Origin: Pseudomonadota bacterium
GTDB lineage: Bacteria > Pseudomonadota > Alphaproteobacteria > UBA1280 > RI-95
Direction: 5' to 3'
DNA length: 64,000 nt
Assembly: GCA_016125375.1 (NCBI GenBank)
Contig: WGLU01000004.1
Coordinates: 82,363 to 146,362 of the forward strand
In this document: one piece after another, positions 9,613 through 18,956 of the stretch
How the letters are laid out: each line of letters opens with the position of its first letter
Position numbering within the stretch: the stretch's first letter is position 1
Made by a program: the position numbers and the translations under genes
Notes under the pieces: generated by a model
Database searches by the model: none
Seen by the model: only the letters and a program-made list of their open reading frames with translations
What the model was told of the DNA's origin: nothing

Positions 9613-9917
9613 TTTTTCTGTGCCTCCTGATAAATCAGCAGCTGTTTGCGCACGCTGTCGGCGATACCGATACCGCCGCCGCGGGCCAACTCCTTGGAGA
9701 TGTTTTCGTTCAACACATCGCGCCAGACCTGTTCGGCATAACCGCCGCCGCCCATGGCAGGGTCGGTTTCCACACTGGCGGACATCTCGTTGACGACCGT
9801 GTACAGGTAGAAAGCCTCGAAGTCCTGTGCGGTTTTTTCCAGCTTGCTGTTCAGCTTGGGCTGTTGGCCCAGTTGCTGCTGCATGCGGAGCAGGTCGGTG
9901 TTAAGTTGCAAATCCAT
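9609..9917 (-). CDS. Rod-binding protein (FlgJ N-terminal-like / CheL-like)
   Basis: 102-aa ORF of the size and composition of the alphaproteobacterial Rod_binding domain. It overlaps the downstream gene by 4 nt and sits between flgI and the FlgN-like gene. Confidence 0.6.
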   Translation of the reverse strand: MDLQLNTDLLRMQQQLGQQPKLNSKLEKTAQDFEAFYLYTVVNEMSASVETDPAMGGGGYAEQVWRDVLNENISKELARGGGIGIADSVRKQLLIYQEAQKK

Positions 9918-9936
9918 GTGACGTTCCTCCCGCCGC

Positions 9937-11058
9937 TTACATCAACACGATGTCGGCTTGCAGGGCACCTGCGGCCTTGATGGTCTGCAGGATGCTGATG
10001 ATGTCGCGCGGCTTCACACCCAGGGAGTTCAGGCCGTTGACAAGGTCAGCCAGGCTTGCGCCGGTTTCCAGCACACGGAACTTGCCGTTGCCTTCATCCA
10101 CGTCGATGTTGGTCCGGTTCAGCACCTCGGTGTTGCCCTGAGAAAGCGGTCCGGGCTGGGAGGCCTGCGCCAGCTCGTTCACACGGATGGTCAGGTTGGC
10201 GTGGGAGATGGCGACGTCGGAGATGCGCACATCCTCACCCATAACAATCGCACCGGTTTTCTCGTCAATGACCACGCGGGCCACAATGTCGGGGCGTACG
10301 CGCAGGTTCTCGATACGCTGGATGGCGGCGACCATGGTGTTGCCGTCATAACGCTCGGGCAGGGCAACATCGACGGTATGGTTGTCGCGGGCCACGCTCA
10401 CGGGGGCGTTAAAGGCTTTGTTAATCGCTTCGGACATGCGCAGCGAGGTTGTAAAGTCAGGGTTGCGCAGGATCAGTCGGGTACGCTTCATGTCAGCCAG
10501 TTCAAAGCCGATTTCGCGCTCGACAATCGCACCGCTGGCAATACGGCCCACAGTGGTGTGGTTTTTGGATACGGTGCCAGAGTCACCTTCTGCACTAAAG
10601 CCGCCGATAATCAGCGAGCCTTGGGCAACGGCGTAGGTGTTGCCGTCGGCAGCCAGCAGCGGCGTGACCAGCAGCATACCGCCCTCAAGGGACTTGGCAT
10701 CACCCAGCGAGGATACGGTTGCGTCAATCTTGCTGCCCTGACGTGCGAACGGGGGCAGGTTGGCCGTTACCATGACGGCAGCCACGTTCTTGGTTTTCAG
10801 GGTGCTTTGGAAGTCACGGCTGTTCAGGCCCATGCGCTCCAGGATGTTAATCAGAGTCTGGTTGGTAAAGGGGACCGAGTTGGCACTATCGCCCGTACCG
10901 GCAAGACCGACGACCAGACCGTAACCGATCAGGACGTTGTTTCGGACGCCTTCAAAATCGGCGATGTCTTTGATGCGCACAGACGGTGCTGCGGCCAGTG
11001 CCGGCATGGACAGTGTCACCGCCGCAGCCAGCATGAGTGTAGATACAAAACGTTTCAT
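9937..11058 (-). CDS. flgI: Flagellar P-ring protein FlgI
   Basis: MKRFVSTLMLAAAVTLSMPALAAAPSVRIKDIADFEGVRNNVLIGYGLVVGLAGTGDS is the FlgI signature, with a signal peptide. The start was set at ATG 11058. Confidence 0.9.
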   Translation of the reverse strand: MKRFVSTLMLAAAVTLSMPALAAAPSVRIKDIADFEGVRNNVLIGYGLVVGLAGTGDSANSVPFTNQTLINILERMGLNSRDFQSTLKTKNVAAVMVTANLPPFARQGSKIDATVSSLGDAKSLEGGMLLVTPLLAADGNTYAVAQGSLIIGGFSAEGDSGTVSKNHTTVGRIASGAIVEREIGFELADMKRTRLILRNPDFTTSLRMSEAINKAFNAPVSVARDNHTVDVALPERYDGNTMVAAIQRIENLRVRPDIVARVVIDEKTGAIVMGEDVRISDVAISHANLTIRVNELAQASQPGPLSQGNTEVLNRTNIDVDEGNGKFRVLETGASLADLVNGLNSLGVKPRDIISILQTIKAAGALQADIVLM

Positions 11059-11246
11059 CCGCGTAATCCCCCGGTGTATTCGATTGTGGCAGCCACCACA
11101 CGTGCATGGGCAGGTTTGACAGGGGTTCCGGCGTCGGCAACCGGCGCGGGCGCCATCAGCATCAGTGCGACGGTCGCGGGCAGAATCCCTAGTGTTTTTA
11201 CCAGCCTTTGCATGTTCTCTCTCCCGTTTGCATGGTGGTTTCGCAA
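11055..11246 (-). CDS. Small exported peptide ORF translationally coupled to flgI (hypothetical)
   Basis: From M12 it reads MQRLVKTLGILPATVALMLMAPAPVADA|GTP..., a signal peptide with an AxA cleavage site. Its stop TGA overlaps the flgI ATG (ATGA). Confidence 0.3.
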   Translation of the reverse strand: MRNHHANGRENMQRLVKTLGILPATVALMLMAPAPVADAGTPVKPAHARVVAATIEYTGGLRG

Positions 11247-11415
11247 AAACTAAATGCATAAGCCGTGCCAAAACCAACGGGCGGCAGATTTTGCCCCCGT
11301 ACGCGCGCGTAGAGTGCGCCTGTGTGCTATAGAGCCGTTTTTGGAAACTTGGCACGGTTCATGCTTCTAGGAATGGCGAGAGAAGATAAACCGGTATGTG
11401 AAGGGGGAGACTAAC

Positions 11416-11808
11416 ATGCCAACACCGATGAAATCGCCGAGTCTGGTCAACATTCTGAGCCACCGGATGGATTATCTGGTCGAGCGTCAGGGTGTTCTGT
11501 CCGGCAACATTGCCAACGCGTCCACACCTGGGTATGTCGCCCGTGATTTGACGTTCGAGAAGATGGTCGACTTTAAACCGGGTCTGACTGCCGCCCGCAC
11601 CAACCCAAACCACCTGAGTGCCCGCGGGGAAGGTGGCCAGTCCGGTGAGCTGGTCAGGGATTACACCAACATCCGTCATGACGGTAACTCCGTGAAACTG
11701 GATGAGCAGTTCCTGAAAATGAATGACGTGCAGCTGAGCTTTACGACCGCAAGCCGTATCTACCAGAAGCAAAAAGAGTTGCAGATGAGCGTCCTGCGCG
11801 GCCGCTAA
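11416..11808 (+). CDS. flgB: Flagellar basal-body rod protein FlgB
   Basis: It carries the LSGNIANASTPGY rod motif. A GAAGGGGGAG ribosome-binding site precedes ATG 11416. Confidence 0.85.
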   Translation: MPTPMKSPSLVNILSHRMDYLVERQGVLSGNIANASTPGYVARDLTFEKMVDFKPGLTAARTNPNHLSARGEGGQSGELVRDYTNIRHDGNSVKLDEQFLKMNDVQLSFTTASRIYQKQKELQMSVLRGR

Positions 11809-11833
11809 TCTTAAAGAAGGGGGAGTATAAACC

Positions 11834-12241
11834 ATGGATTTGATGCAAATCATGAAAGTATCCGGCAGCGGCATGGCCGCCCAGAGCGCCCGGATGAAAG
11901 TTATTTCGGAAAACATTGCCAACGTGGACTCTGCCGAGGGTGACCGTGGCGGCCCGTACCGTCGTCAGGTTGTTAGCTTCCAGACCGTGACCGACAATGC
12001 AACCGGCCTGAAGAAAGTCAAAGTGGCCAGTGTCACGCCGGACTACCATTCGCCCATGCGTCAGGTGTTCGACCCCACGCACCCGGCCGCGAACGCGCAG
12101 GGCTTTGTGGAAATGCCGAACGTGGACACGGTGATTGAGAGCACCGACCTGCGCGAGGCCTCCCGTGCCTACGAGGCCAACATCAACGTGATTGAGAACA
12201 CCAAGAACATGATGGCCCGCTCGTTGGACTTGATGCGCTAA
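11834..12241 (+). CDS. flgC: Flagellar basal-body rod protein FlgC
   Basis: 135-aa ORF starting MKVSGSGMAAQSARMKVISENIANVDS, with a strong AAGGGGGAG ribosome-binding site. Confidence 0.9.
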   Translation: MDLMQIMKVSGSGMAAQSARMKVISENIANVDSAEGDRGGPYRRQVVSFQTVTDNATGLKKVKVASVTPDYHSPMRQVFDPTHPAANAQGFVEMPNVDTVIESTDLREASRAYEANINVIENTKNMMARSLDLMR

Positions 12242-12280
12242 GCCTGATATATTGAAAAGAAAAAGCAAAGGGTACATCCC

Positions 12281-12583
12281 ATGGCGATTGATAAACTGAC
12301 CACCGCAACAGGTATCGGCACCGGGCCGATCAAGGACGTGGGTAGTAAGGCGCCCTCTATCGACCAGGGGTTTGGCGACCTCCTCAGCGATGCCCTGCGC
12401 AACACCATGCAGGCACAAAAAAATGCCGAAGCACTGTCCGCCGCAGCCGCAAACGGCGAGCCGGTGCCCATGCACCAGCTGACCCAGGCTGTGTCCGAGG
12501 CAGAACTGACCCTGCAAACCATGCTCAGTGTGCGTGACAAGGCGGTCGAGGCGTATCAGCAGATTATGCAGATGCCTATCTAA
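12281..12583 (+). CDS. fliE: Flagellar hook-basal body protein FliE
   Basis: 100-aa ORF whose C-terminal ...ELTLQTMLSVRDKAVEAYQQIMQMPI resembles FliE. It follows flgB-flgC. Confidence 0.85.
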   Translation: MAIDKLTTATGIGTGPIKDVGSKAPSIDQGFGDLLSDALRNTMQAQKNAEALSAAAANGEPVPMHQLTQAVSEAELTLQTMLSVRDKAVEAYQQIMQMPI

Positions 12584-12600
12584 AGGTATCTCCACAAACA

Positions 12601-12630
12601 AAAGCCCCGGCACATGCCGGGGCTTTACTT
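12601..12630 (+). terminator. Rho-independent terminator after fliE
   Basis: The hairpin gccccggc-acat-gccggggc followed by tttactt. Confidence 0.7.
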
Positions 12631-13095
12631 ATAGATATAGGACACTGAGAAAAAGCGAAGGGCGCACCGGACGTGGCAATTGCCACAGTCGGTGCGCCCT
12701 TTATGCAGGACCCCATTCCCCACGCGTCCGCGAGGTGATACCCGTTTGTTCGGGTCGGTGTTGCGCATCGTTGAGAGGCGTTCGGGGTTATCTCAGGATG
12801 TAAAAAGGGATGGGTAAAGTGGTGATCAGGGTTTCATGTATACAATATGCTTGGGCGGGTGGCAAGTCCCAACGGGTAGGGGCCGTGTTTTTTATATGTC
12901 ATCAATTGTTCTGTGACATAAAACTTCAAAATCCGCCAGTTTTTGGTAACAGCTGACACTGCACTGCGACAATGTCAGGCGTTTTGTCAAACAACTGTCA
13001 GCCGTAATTTACCCGGCAGTACCCAAGATGTGGGTCAATTCAAAAAAGTGAGCAGTGCTAAACCCCTGTAATTCCGTATTGTATACAACTATGGC

Positions 13096-13111
13096 ATACT
13101 ATATATAGTGG
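13096..13111. promoter_or_regulatory. NrdR-box-like palindrome upstream of nrdA
   Basis: atactatatatagtgg matches the NrdR box consensus acaCwAtATaTwGtgt with 2 mismatches. It lies about 185 nt upstream of nrdA. Confidence 0.4.
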
Positions 13112-13293
13112 CTGTATGTAATTGACACCCAAAATATAGGTTGCTGACGGGTATGACGGTTCGATAGGATAAAACTATCAAGGCACAAGATGTGGTGGTT
13201 AGTAAGACGGGGCCCCCAAGAGCTGGAACACCCGTAAAAATAATCCAAATGCCCCATGACAGGCTGCGAAAAAAAGAATAAAACATCCTACCA

Positions 13294-15141
13294 ATGACCC
13301 AAAAGAAGGATAGGCCGCTCATGCAGATCAAACGCAACATACGTATCGACCGCTCCCGCGACGCAAACCTGACAGCTTTCGGTAAAGCTACGCTGGAGGA
13401 CCGTTACCTGTTGCCGGAAGAAAGCTTCCAGGATCTGTTCGCCCGCGTGGCCTCTGTCTATGCAGATGACGACGCCCATGCCCAGCGCCTGTACGACTAC
13501 ATGTCCAACATGTGGTTTATGCCTGCCACGCCTGTGCTGTCCAACGGCGGCACCAACCGCGGTCTGCCTATTTCCTGCTTTCTGAACGAGTCTTCCGACA
13601 GTCTGGAAGGAATCGTCGGCCTGTGGAACGAGAACGTGTGGCTCGCCTCCAAAGGTGGCGGCATCGGCAGCTACTGGGGTAACCTGCGCTCCATCGGCGA
13701 GAAAGTGGGCCGCGTCGGCAAAACCTCCGGCATTATCCCCTTCATCCGCGTGATGGACAGCCTGACACTGGCCATTTCCCAGGGTTCACTGCGCCGCGGT
13801 TCCGCTGCTGTGTACCTGCCTGTATGGCACCCCGAGATTGAGGAGTTTTCCGAGCTGCGTCGCCCTACAGGTGGCGACCCCAACCGTAAGGCGCTGAACC
13901 TGCACCACGGCGTGGTCATTACCGACGACTTTATGCACGCGGTAGAAGCTGATGCCGACTGGGCGCTGAAATCGCCCCACACTGGCGAGACCATCCGTAC
14001 CATCAAGGCCCGTGACCTGTGGGTGCGTATCCTGACCGCCCGTGTAGAAACCGGCGAGCCCTACATGCTGTTCATCGACCGTGTGAACGAAGCCCGCCCC
14101 GTCTGGCAGAAAAAACTGGGTCTGGAAGTGAAAACCTCCAACCTCTGTGCTGAAATCACCCTGCCAACCGGCAAGGACCACGTGGGCAAGGACCGCACAG
14201 CCGTTTGCTGCCTGAGCTCCGTCAACGTGGAGTACTATGACGAGTGGAGCAAGTCCCCGTTGTTCGTCGAAGACGTGATGCGCTTCCTCGACAACGTCCT
14301 GCAGGACTTTATCGACCGTGCGCCAGAAGATATGGCCAAAGCCCGCTATGCTGCCCTGCGCGAGCGCAGCGTCGGCTTGGGTGTGATGGGCTTCCACTCC
14401 TTCCTGCAATCGAAAATGATTCCGTTCGACAGCGTGATGGCGAAAGTCTGGAACAAGAAAATGTTCGAACACCTGCGCAAGGAAGCCGACAAAGCCTCCA
14501 AAAAGCTGGCCGAAGAGCGTGGTCCGTGCCCGGATGCTGCCGAGTGCCTGATGAAGGAGCGTTTCTCCAACAAGATGGCTATTGCGCCGACAGCGTCCAT
14601 CTCGATTATCTGCGGCAACGCGTCGCCGGGTATCGAGCCGCTGGCTGCCAACAGCTTTACACAGAAAACCCTGTCCGGTTCGTTCAACGTCCGCAACCGC
14701 TACCTCGAGCAACTGCTCGAAGAGCGTGGCTGCAACGATGACGATACCTGGAGCGGCATCACCACCAACGAAGGTTCGGTCCAACATCTGGAGTGCCTGA
14801 CCGACGAGGAGAAGGAAGTCTTCAAAACCGCTTTTGAAGTCGACCAGCGCTACGTGGTGCAACACGCCTGCGACCGCGCCCCGTTTGTGTGCCAGTCCCA
14901 GTCGGTGAACCTGTTCATCCCGGCCGACGTGCACAAGGCCGACCTGCACATGCTCCACTACATGGCATGGAAAGGTGGCGTGAAGAGCCTGTACTACTGC
15001 CGCAGCAAAACGGTTCAACGTGCCGAGGTGGTTACACCGATGCCACGCAACAATGGCAATATTATGGCGAACGGCAAGTCCATTGCCCAAGCTGAAGAGG
15101 CAAGCGTGAATAACTACGACGAGTGCCTGGCCTGCCAATGA
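13294..15141 (+). CDS. nrdA: Ribonucleoside-diphosphate reductase alpha subunit (class I, no N-terminal ATP-cone)
   Basis: 615-aa ORF with conserved class I large-subunit blocks and a C-terminal CxxC tail (YDECLACQ). Its N-terminus begins at the region that follows the ATP-cone in E. coli NrdA. Confidence 0.9.
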   Translation: MTQKKDRPLMQIKRNIRIDRSRDANLTAFGKATLEDRYLLPEESFQDLFARVASVYADDDAHAQRLYDYMSNMWFMPATPVLSNGGTNRGLPISCFLNESSDSLEGIVGLWNENVWLASKGGGIGSYWGNLRSIGEKVGRVGKTSGIIPFIRVMDSLTLAISQGSLRRGSAAVYLPVWHPEIEEFSELRRPTGGDPNRKALNLHHGVVITDDFMHAVEADADWALKSPHTGETIRTIKARDLWVRILTARVETGEPYMLFIDRVNEARPVWQKKLGLEVKTSNLCAEITLPTGKDHVGKDRTAVCCLSSVNVEYYDEWSKSPLFVEDVMRFLDNVLQDFIDRAPEDMAKARYAALRERSVGLGVMGFHSFLQSKMIPFDSVMAKVWNKKMFEHLRKEADKASKKLAEERGPCPDAAECLMKERFSNKMAIAPTASISIICGNASPGIEPLAANSFTQKTLSGSFNVRNRYLEQLLEERGCNDDDTWSGITTNEGSVQHLECLTDEEKEVFKTAFEVDQRYVVQHACDRAPFVCQSQSVNLFIPADVHKADLHMLHYMAWKGGVKSLYYCRSKTVQRAEVVTPMPRNNGNIMANGKSIAQAEEASVNNYDECLACQ

Positions 15142-15321
15142 CCAAGCGTTAAGCAAACAATCCAGTGAATTGTTTGTAGCGCAGGTCAGCGGAATTAATA
15201 TGAAGGCGTAGCCGGAATGTTAATGAAGCGTCGGGAAGCGTTAAACAAATGGCCATGGCTGTTTGTTGCTTGGGAATACTGAGAAATAGAGATAACGAAA
15301 CTTAATAAAAGGAAAAGCGCC

Positions 15322-16353
15322 ATGTCATTGCTGGAACACCGCGCCGCGTTCAAACCGTTCAAATATCCTTGGGCGTACGAAGCCTGGCAGACCCAACAGC
15401 AGGTACACTGGTTGCCGGAAGAAGTGCCGCTGGCCGAGGACGTGAAAGACTGGCACAGCAAGCTCAATGATACCGAGCGCCACCTGCTGACCCAGATTTT
15501 CCGCTTCTTCACCCAGTCGGATATCGAGGTCAACAACTGCTACATGAAGCACTACATGAAAGTGTTTCAGCCGACCGAAGTGCAGATGATGTTGAGCGCG
15601 TTCTCCAATATCGAGACCATTCACATCGCTGCCTACGCGCACCTGCTCGATACCATCGGCATGCCGGAAGTGGAATACAGCGCCTTCATGCAATATGCGG
15701 AAATGAAGGACAAGTATGACTACATGCACACCTTCAATGTGGACGATAAAGAAAACATCGCCCGCACACTGGCCGCGTTCTCGGCCTTTACCGAAGGCCT
15801 GCAACTGTTCGCCAGCTTTGCCATGCTGCTCAACTTCCCGCGCTTCAACAAAATGAAGGGCATGGGGCAGATTATCGCGTGGTCCGTGCGGGACGAAACC
15901 CTGCACTGCAAGTCCATGATCAAGGTGTACAACACCTTCATCAGCGAAAATAAATCCGAGTTGGATGTGCCGAAACTCAACAGCGAGATTCAAGCCATCT
16001 GCGCCCGTATTGTGGAAATGGAAGACCGCTTTATCGACCTCGCCTTTGGTCTGGGACCGGTAGAAGGCATGACCGCCGAGGATGTGAAGAGCTACATCCG
16101 CTACATTGCGGACCTGCGTCTGACCCAGCTCAATATCGAGCCGCTGTACTTTATCGAGAAGCACCCGCTGCCCTGGCTGAGCGACATGCTTAACGGTGTC
16201 GAACACGCCAACTTCTTCGAAACCCGCGCGACCGAATACTCCCGTGCGGCGACGAAAGGCAAATGGGAAGATGTTTTCGGCGACTTCAACAAGAAGGTTG
16301 CCGAGTGGGGGCCCGCTAAACCGAGCGCCCAGTACAAGAATCCGTCGGCCTGA
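15322..16353 (+). CDS. nrdB: Ribonucleoside-diphosphate reductase beta subunit
   Basis: 343-aa ORF with the ETIHIAAY di-metal/tyrosyl block. Confidence 0.9.
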   Translation: MSLLEHRAAFKPFKYPWAYEAWQTQQQVHWLPEEVPLAEDVKDWHSKLNDTERHLLTQIFRFFTQSDIEVNNCYMKHYMKVFQPTEVQMMLSAFSNIETIHIAAYAHLLDTIGMPEVEYSAFMQYAEMKDKYDYMHTFNVDDKENIARTLAAFSAFTEGLQLFASFAMLLNFPRFNKMKGMGQIIAWSVRDETLHCKSMIKVYNTFISENKSELDVPKLNSEIQAICARIVEMEDRFIDLAFGLGPVEGMTAEDVKSYIRYIADLRLTQLNIEPLYFIEKHPLPWLSDMLNGVEHANFFETRATEYSRAATKGKWEDVFGDFNKKVAEWGPAKPSAQYKNPSA

Positions 16354-16380
16354 GGCTGGTTGGATATATCCCTCAACAGA

Positions 16381-16406
16381 AAACCACCCTTCGGGGTGGT
16401 TTTCTG
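16381..16406 (+). terminator. Rho-independent terminator after nrdB
   Basis: The hairpin ccaccc-ttcg-gggtgg followed by ttttct. Confidence 0.7.
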
Positions 16407-16478
16407 CTCTCGCGGCTTGAAACTGCCCCCGCGCAGCGTTAAGTTAAATACGTCTTGTAAAACAAAAGGTAAAACAAG

Positions 16479-17345
16479 ATGCGGCATATTCTAGTTGGTC
16501 TTTCTGCTCTTTTGTGGGCTCAGGCAGCGCAAGCTTTGCCGGATTGGCCTATCCCTGCGGTTCCTGCGGTCCTTAAATCGGAGATTGAGGGCATTCAGCT
16601 CATGCGGGAGGAGAAGGGGCCGGAGGCAATCGCCGCCCTTGAGCAGGCTGTGAAAGACGGTTCCAACACAGCGCTCTATCGCTTGGCGCAGATTTATTAT
16701 GAAGGACTTGGCGAGCAGTGGGCGGAACGGGACAAATCCATCCGTTACCTGCAGGATGCCATCAACAACAATCAGGTCGAGGCAATGTTCGTCTATGCCC
16801 TCGTCGGGGATAACCCCAGTGACGAGGATGCGATCCGCTATATGGATAGGGCAGCCACATTGGGTATGGCTGCGAATGTCTTTAAGATAGGCCTCAAATC
16901 CATGACCGAAAAGCAGCCGTTCTCCATGGCTGTAGGTGTGAAACTGGTTGAATCGGCCGCACGTGCGGGATTTGACCCCGCCATGCCTGTTCTGGGGCGC
17001 CTTTATATCGACGGAGATGAGTTTCAGGGTATCCCGGCCGATAAGGAAAAAGCGGAAATATGGCTCAACCGTGCAGTCCGCGCGGGGTACGTGGGGTCTA
17101 TCAGTGACCTGCTGAAATTGCGTTTGGATAATCCGGATGTCTACCCTGAAGAGAAATACAAATGGCTGTACCTTTGCCGTGCGCTCAAATGCAGTTACCT
17201 GACCGAGAATCCAGACATTGGCCAAAACATCCTGCCCATGCTGGTTAAGCTTGAACAGCAGATGACACCGGATATGCTGGCGCAGACGAAAGTGGAAATT
17301 AATAGTCTGGCAAAGCGCATCCAACGCTCGAATGCTCAGCAGTAA
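16479..17345 (+). CDS. Secreted Sel1/TPR-like repeat protein
   Basis: 288-aa ORF with a signal peptide (LLWAQAAQA) and repeated Ala/Gly-rich helical repeats typical of Sel1. Confidence 0.6.
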   Translation: MRHILVGLSALLWAQAAQALPDWPIPAVPAVLKSEIEGIQLMREEKGPEAIAALEQAVKDGSNTALYRLAQIYYEGLGEQWAERDKSIRYLQDAINNNQVEAMFVYALVGDNPSDEDAIRYMDRAATLGMAANVFKIGLKSMTEKQPFSMAVGVKLVESAARAGFDPAMPVLGRLYIDGDEFQGIPADKEKAEIWLNRAVRAGYVGSISDLLKLRLDNPDVYPEEKYKWLYLCRALKCSYLTENPDIGQNILPMLVKLEQQMTPDMLAQTKVEINSLAKRIQRSNAQQ

Positions 17346-17380
17346 AAAATAAAGACCCGCCTGTCTGGCGGGTCTTTTAC
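17345..17380. terminator. Bidirectional terminator between convergent genes
   Basis: The hairpin agacccgcc-tgtctg-ggcgggtct, flanked by an A-run and a T-run. Confidence 0.65.
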
Positions 17381-17392
17381 GTAAGGGGCGCG

Positions 17393-17686
17393 TTAGCGCG
17401 GCGGGTCGTTGTCGACGGTTTCCTGCTGCTGCAGGCGGATGACCGAGGCAATGCCCGGCATGTTGCGCAGCATCTGCGCAGCTTCGCGCGGGCAGGTGAT
17501 CTGGAATCCCATTGGTTCATCGGTGGCCGGTCCCAAATCGGTGGCATCGACAGCAAAACCGGCATCGATGAGGTAGGTAGCAGCCTTTTCGCGCATGTCA
17601 CAGGCATGGGCAAAGCTGCGGGCGGGGTTGTAACGGGTGTCAGCCCACTTGGGGCGAACAGTTACCTGATAGGTAAACCGGGTCAT
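17393..17686 (-). CDS. Hypothetical protein (97 aa)
   Basis: It has good high-GC codon usage and no recognisable motif. The antisense ORF 17377..17613 was rejected. Confidence 0.45.
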   Translation of the reverse strand: MTRFTYQVTVRPKWADTRYNPARSFAHACDMREKAATYLIDAGFAVDATDLGPATDEPMGFQITCPREAAQMLRNMPGIASVIRLQQQETVDNDPPR

Positions 17687-17911
17687 GGGATTATCCTCTT
17701 TCCGGTCATGGGTCGCAAAACGTCAGGTGCTAGGCAAAGGTGATTCAAAAATTGCGTCTGTTTAGCATATAAAAAGCTTGTCTGGCCAGTAAACCTGCGG
17801 GATTTGCCTAAAAAAGAAGCATAAATCACGTGATAAACCTGCAGCTTTGTCAAAAAGGCGGGAACAGAGTAGACTTAAGGCTGAAAAAGAAGAGCGAAGG
17901 CGCAAAAAACC

Positions 17912-18196
17912 ATGACCCCCGAAATGATTCTGGATTTTGCCAAACTGGCCATCAGCACGCTGCTGGTGGTTATTTCGCCGATCATGGTCGTGGCGCTGGT
18001 CGTGGGTTTGGCCGTGTCACTGTTTCAGGCGCTGACGTCGATTCAGGAAATGACGCTCACATTTGTGCCTAAAATTCTGGCGGTTTTTCTGGTTCTGATG
18101 CTGATTATGCCGTGGATGGCGGACCGCATTAACACCATGACGCTGGAGCTGTTCGATGCCATTGCCAAGATAGGCGTTGCCACCACCGATGAGTGA
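17912..18196 (+). CDS. fliQ: Flagellar export apparatus protein FliQ
   Basis: 94-aa ORF with two transmembrane segments and the typical FliQ sequence. Confidence 0.9.
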   Translation: MTPEMILDFAKLAISTLLVVISPIMVVALVVGLAVSLFQALTSIQEMTLTFVPKILAVFLVLMLIMPWMADRINTMTLELFDAIAKIGVATTDE

Positions 18197-18956
18197 GAAC
18201 TTTATCGCCCAGCTGTTTGTTTTTCCCTTCTTCCTGGTTTGCGTGCGTCTGGGAACCGCGATCATGATTTTTCCGGGTCTGTCCGACCCCTCTATCTCTC
18301 CGCGTATTCGGGCGCTGTTGGCGATGACGACGGCCTTTGTTTTGTATCCGGTGCTCTATTCTAAACTGCCGGATTTACCGGGGCAGGTGGCCCAGCTTGT
18401 ATTCCTTGTGGCGGGGGAGGTGATGGCCGGACTGCTGATGGCGATGGGTGCGCGTCTGTTCATTTCGGTGATGAACGTTGCCGGTGATGTGATGAGTTTT
18501 ATGAGCGGCTTTCAGGCGGCAACGCTTTTCGACCCCCGTTCGGCCTCGGCCTCGACCGCACCGGCAACACTGCTGGTAATGCTGGCGACCGTTCTTGTGT
18601 TTGCGACTGACCTGCACCACGTCATTTTGGGGGCGCTGGTCAGCAGTTACGATATTCTGCCACCGGGTCGGTTCCCTGCTATGGGGGACTCTGCCATGGC
18701 GGTTATCCGCCTGTTGGGGGATATTTACGTTGTTGGCCTCAAAATTGCAGCGCCTTTGACGATAGTCGGATTCCTGACCTATGCGGGGTTTGGTATCCTT
18801 AACCGTATGGTGCCCTCGGTACAGGCTTTTTTCATTGCCTTGCCGCTGACCATCATGATGGCGCTCTTCGCGCTTGGGGTCACTTTGGGCAGTATGCTAA
18901 CATTGTACGCAGAAGAGATGAACGGCCACGCCATCATCCTTTTCCAGGAGGAATAG
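18177..18956 (+). CDS. fliR: Flagellar export apparatus protein FliR
   Basis: A multi-transmembrane protein following fliQ. The true start is possibly ATG 18189. Confidence 0.85.
   Translation: MPPPMSENFIAQLFVFPFFLVCVRLGTAIMIFPGLSDPSISPRIRALLAMTTAFVLYPVLYSKLPDLPGQVAQLVFLVAGEVMAGLLMAMGARLFISVMNVAGDVMSFMSGFQAATLFDPRSASASTAPATLLVMLATVLVFATDLHHVILGALVSSYDILPPGRFPAMGDSAMAVIRLLGDIYVVGLKIAAPLTIVGFLTYAGFGILNRMVPSVQAFFIALPLTIMMALFALGVTLGSMLTLYAEEMNGHAIILFQEE

Noticed and set aside
13127-13142. Second NrdR box expected about 31 bp from the first
   Set aside because: acacccaaaatatagg has only about 8 of 16 consensus positions. It is reported as weak, and only the first box is listed as a feature.
13150-13166. 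tRNA T-loop-like GGTTCGAT
   Set aside because: The flanking sequence cannot form a T-stem or acceptor stem. It is not a tRNA.
17700-17911. Possible sigma-54 (-24/-12) promoter tggccagtaaacctgc upstream of fliQ
   Set aside because: The GG and GC spacing is off by one from the consensus, and it cannot be distinguished from chance without a position weight matrix.
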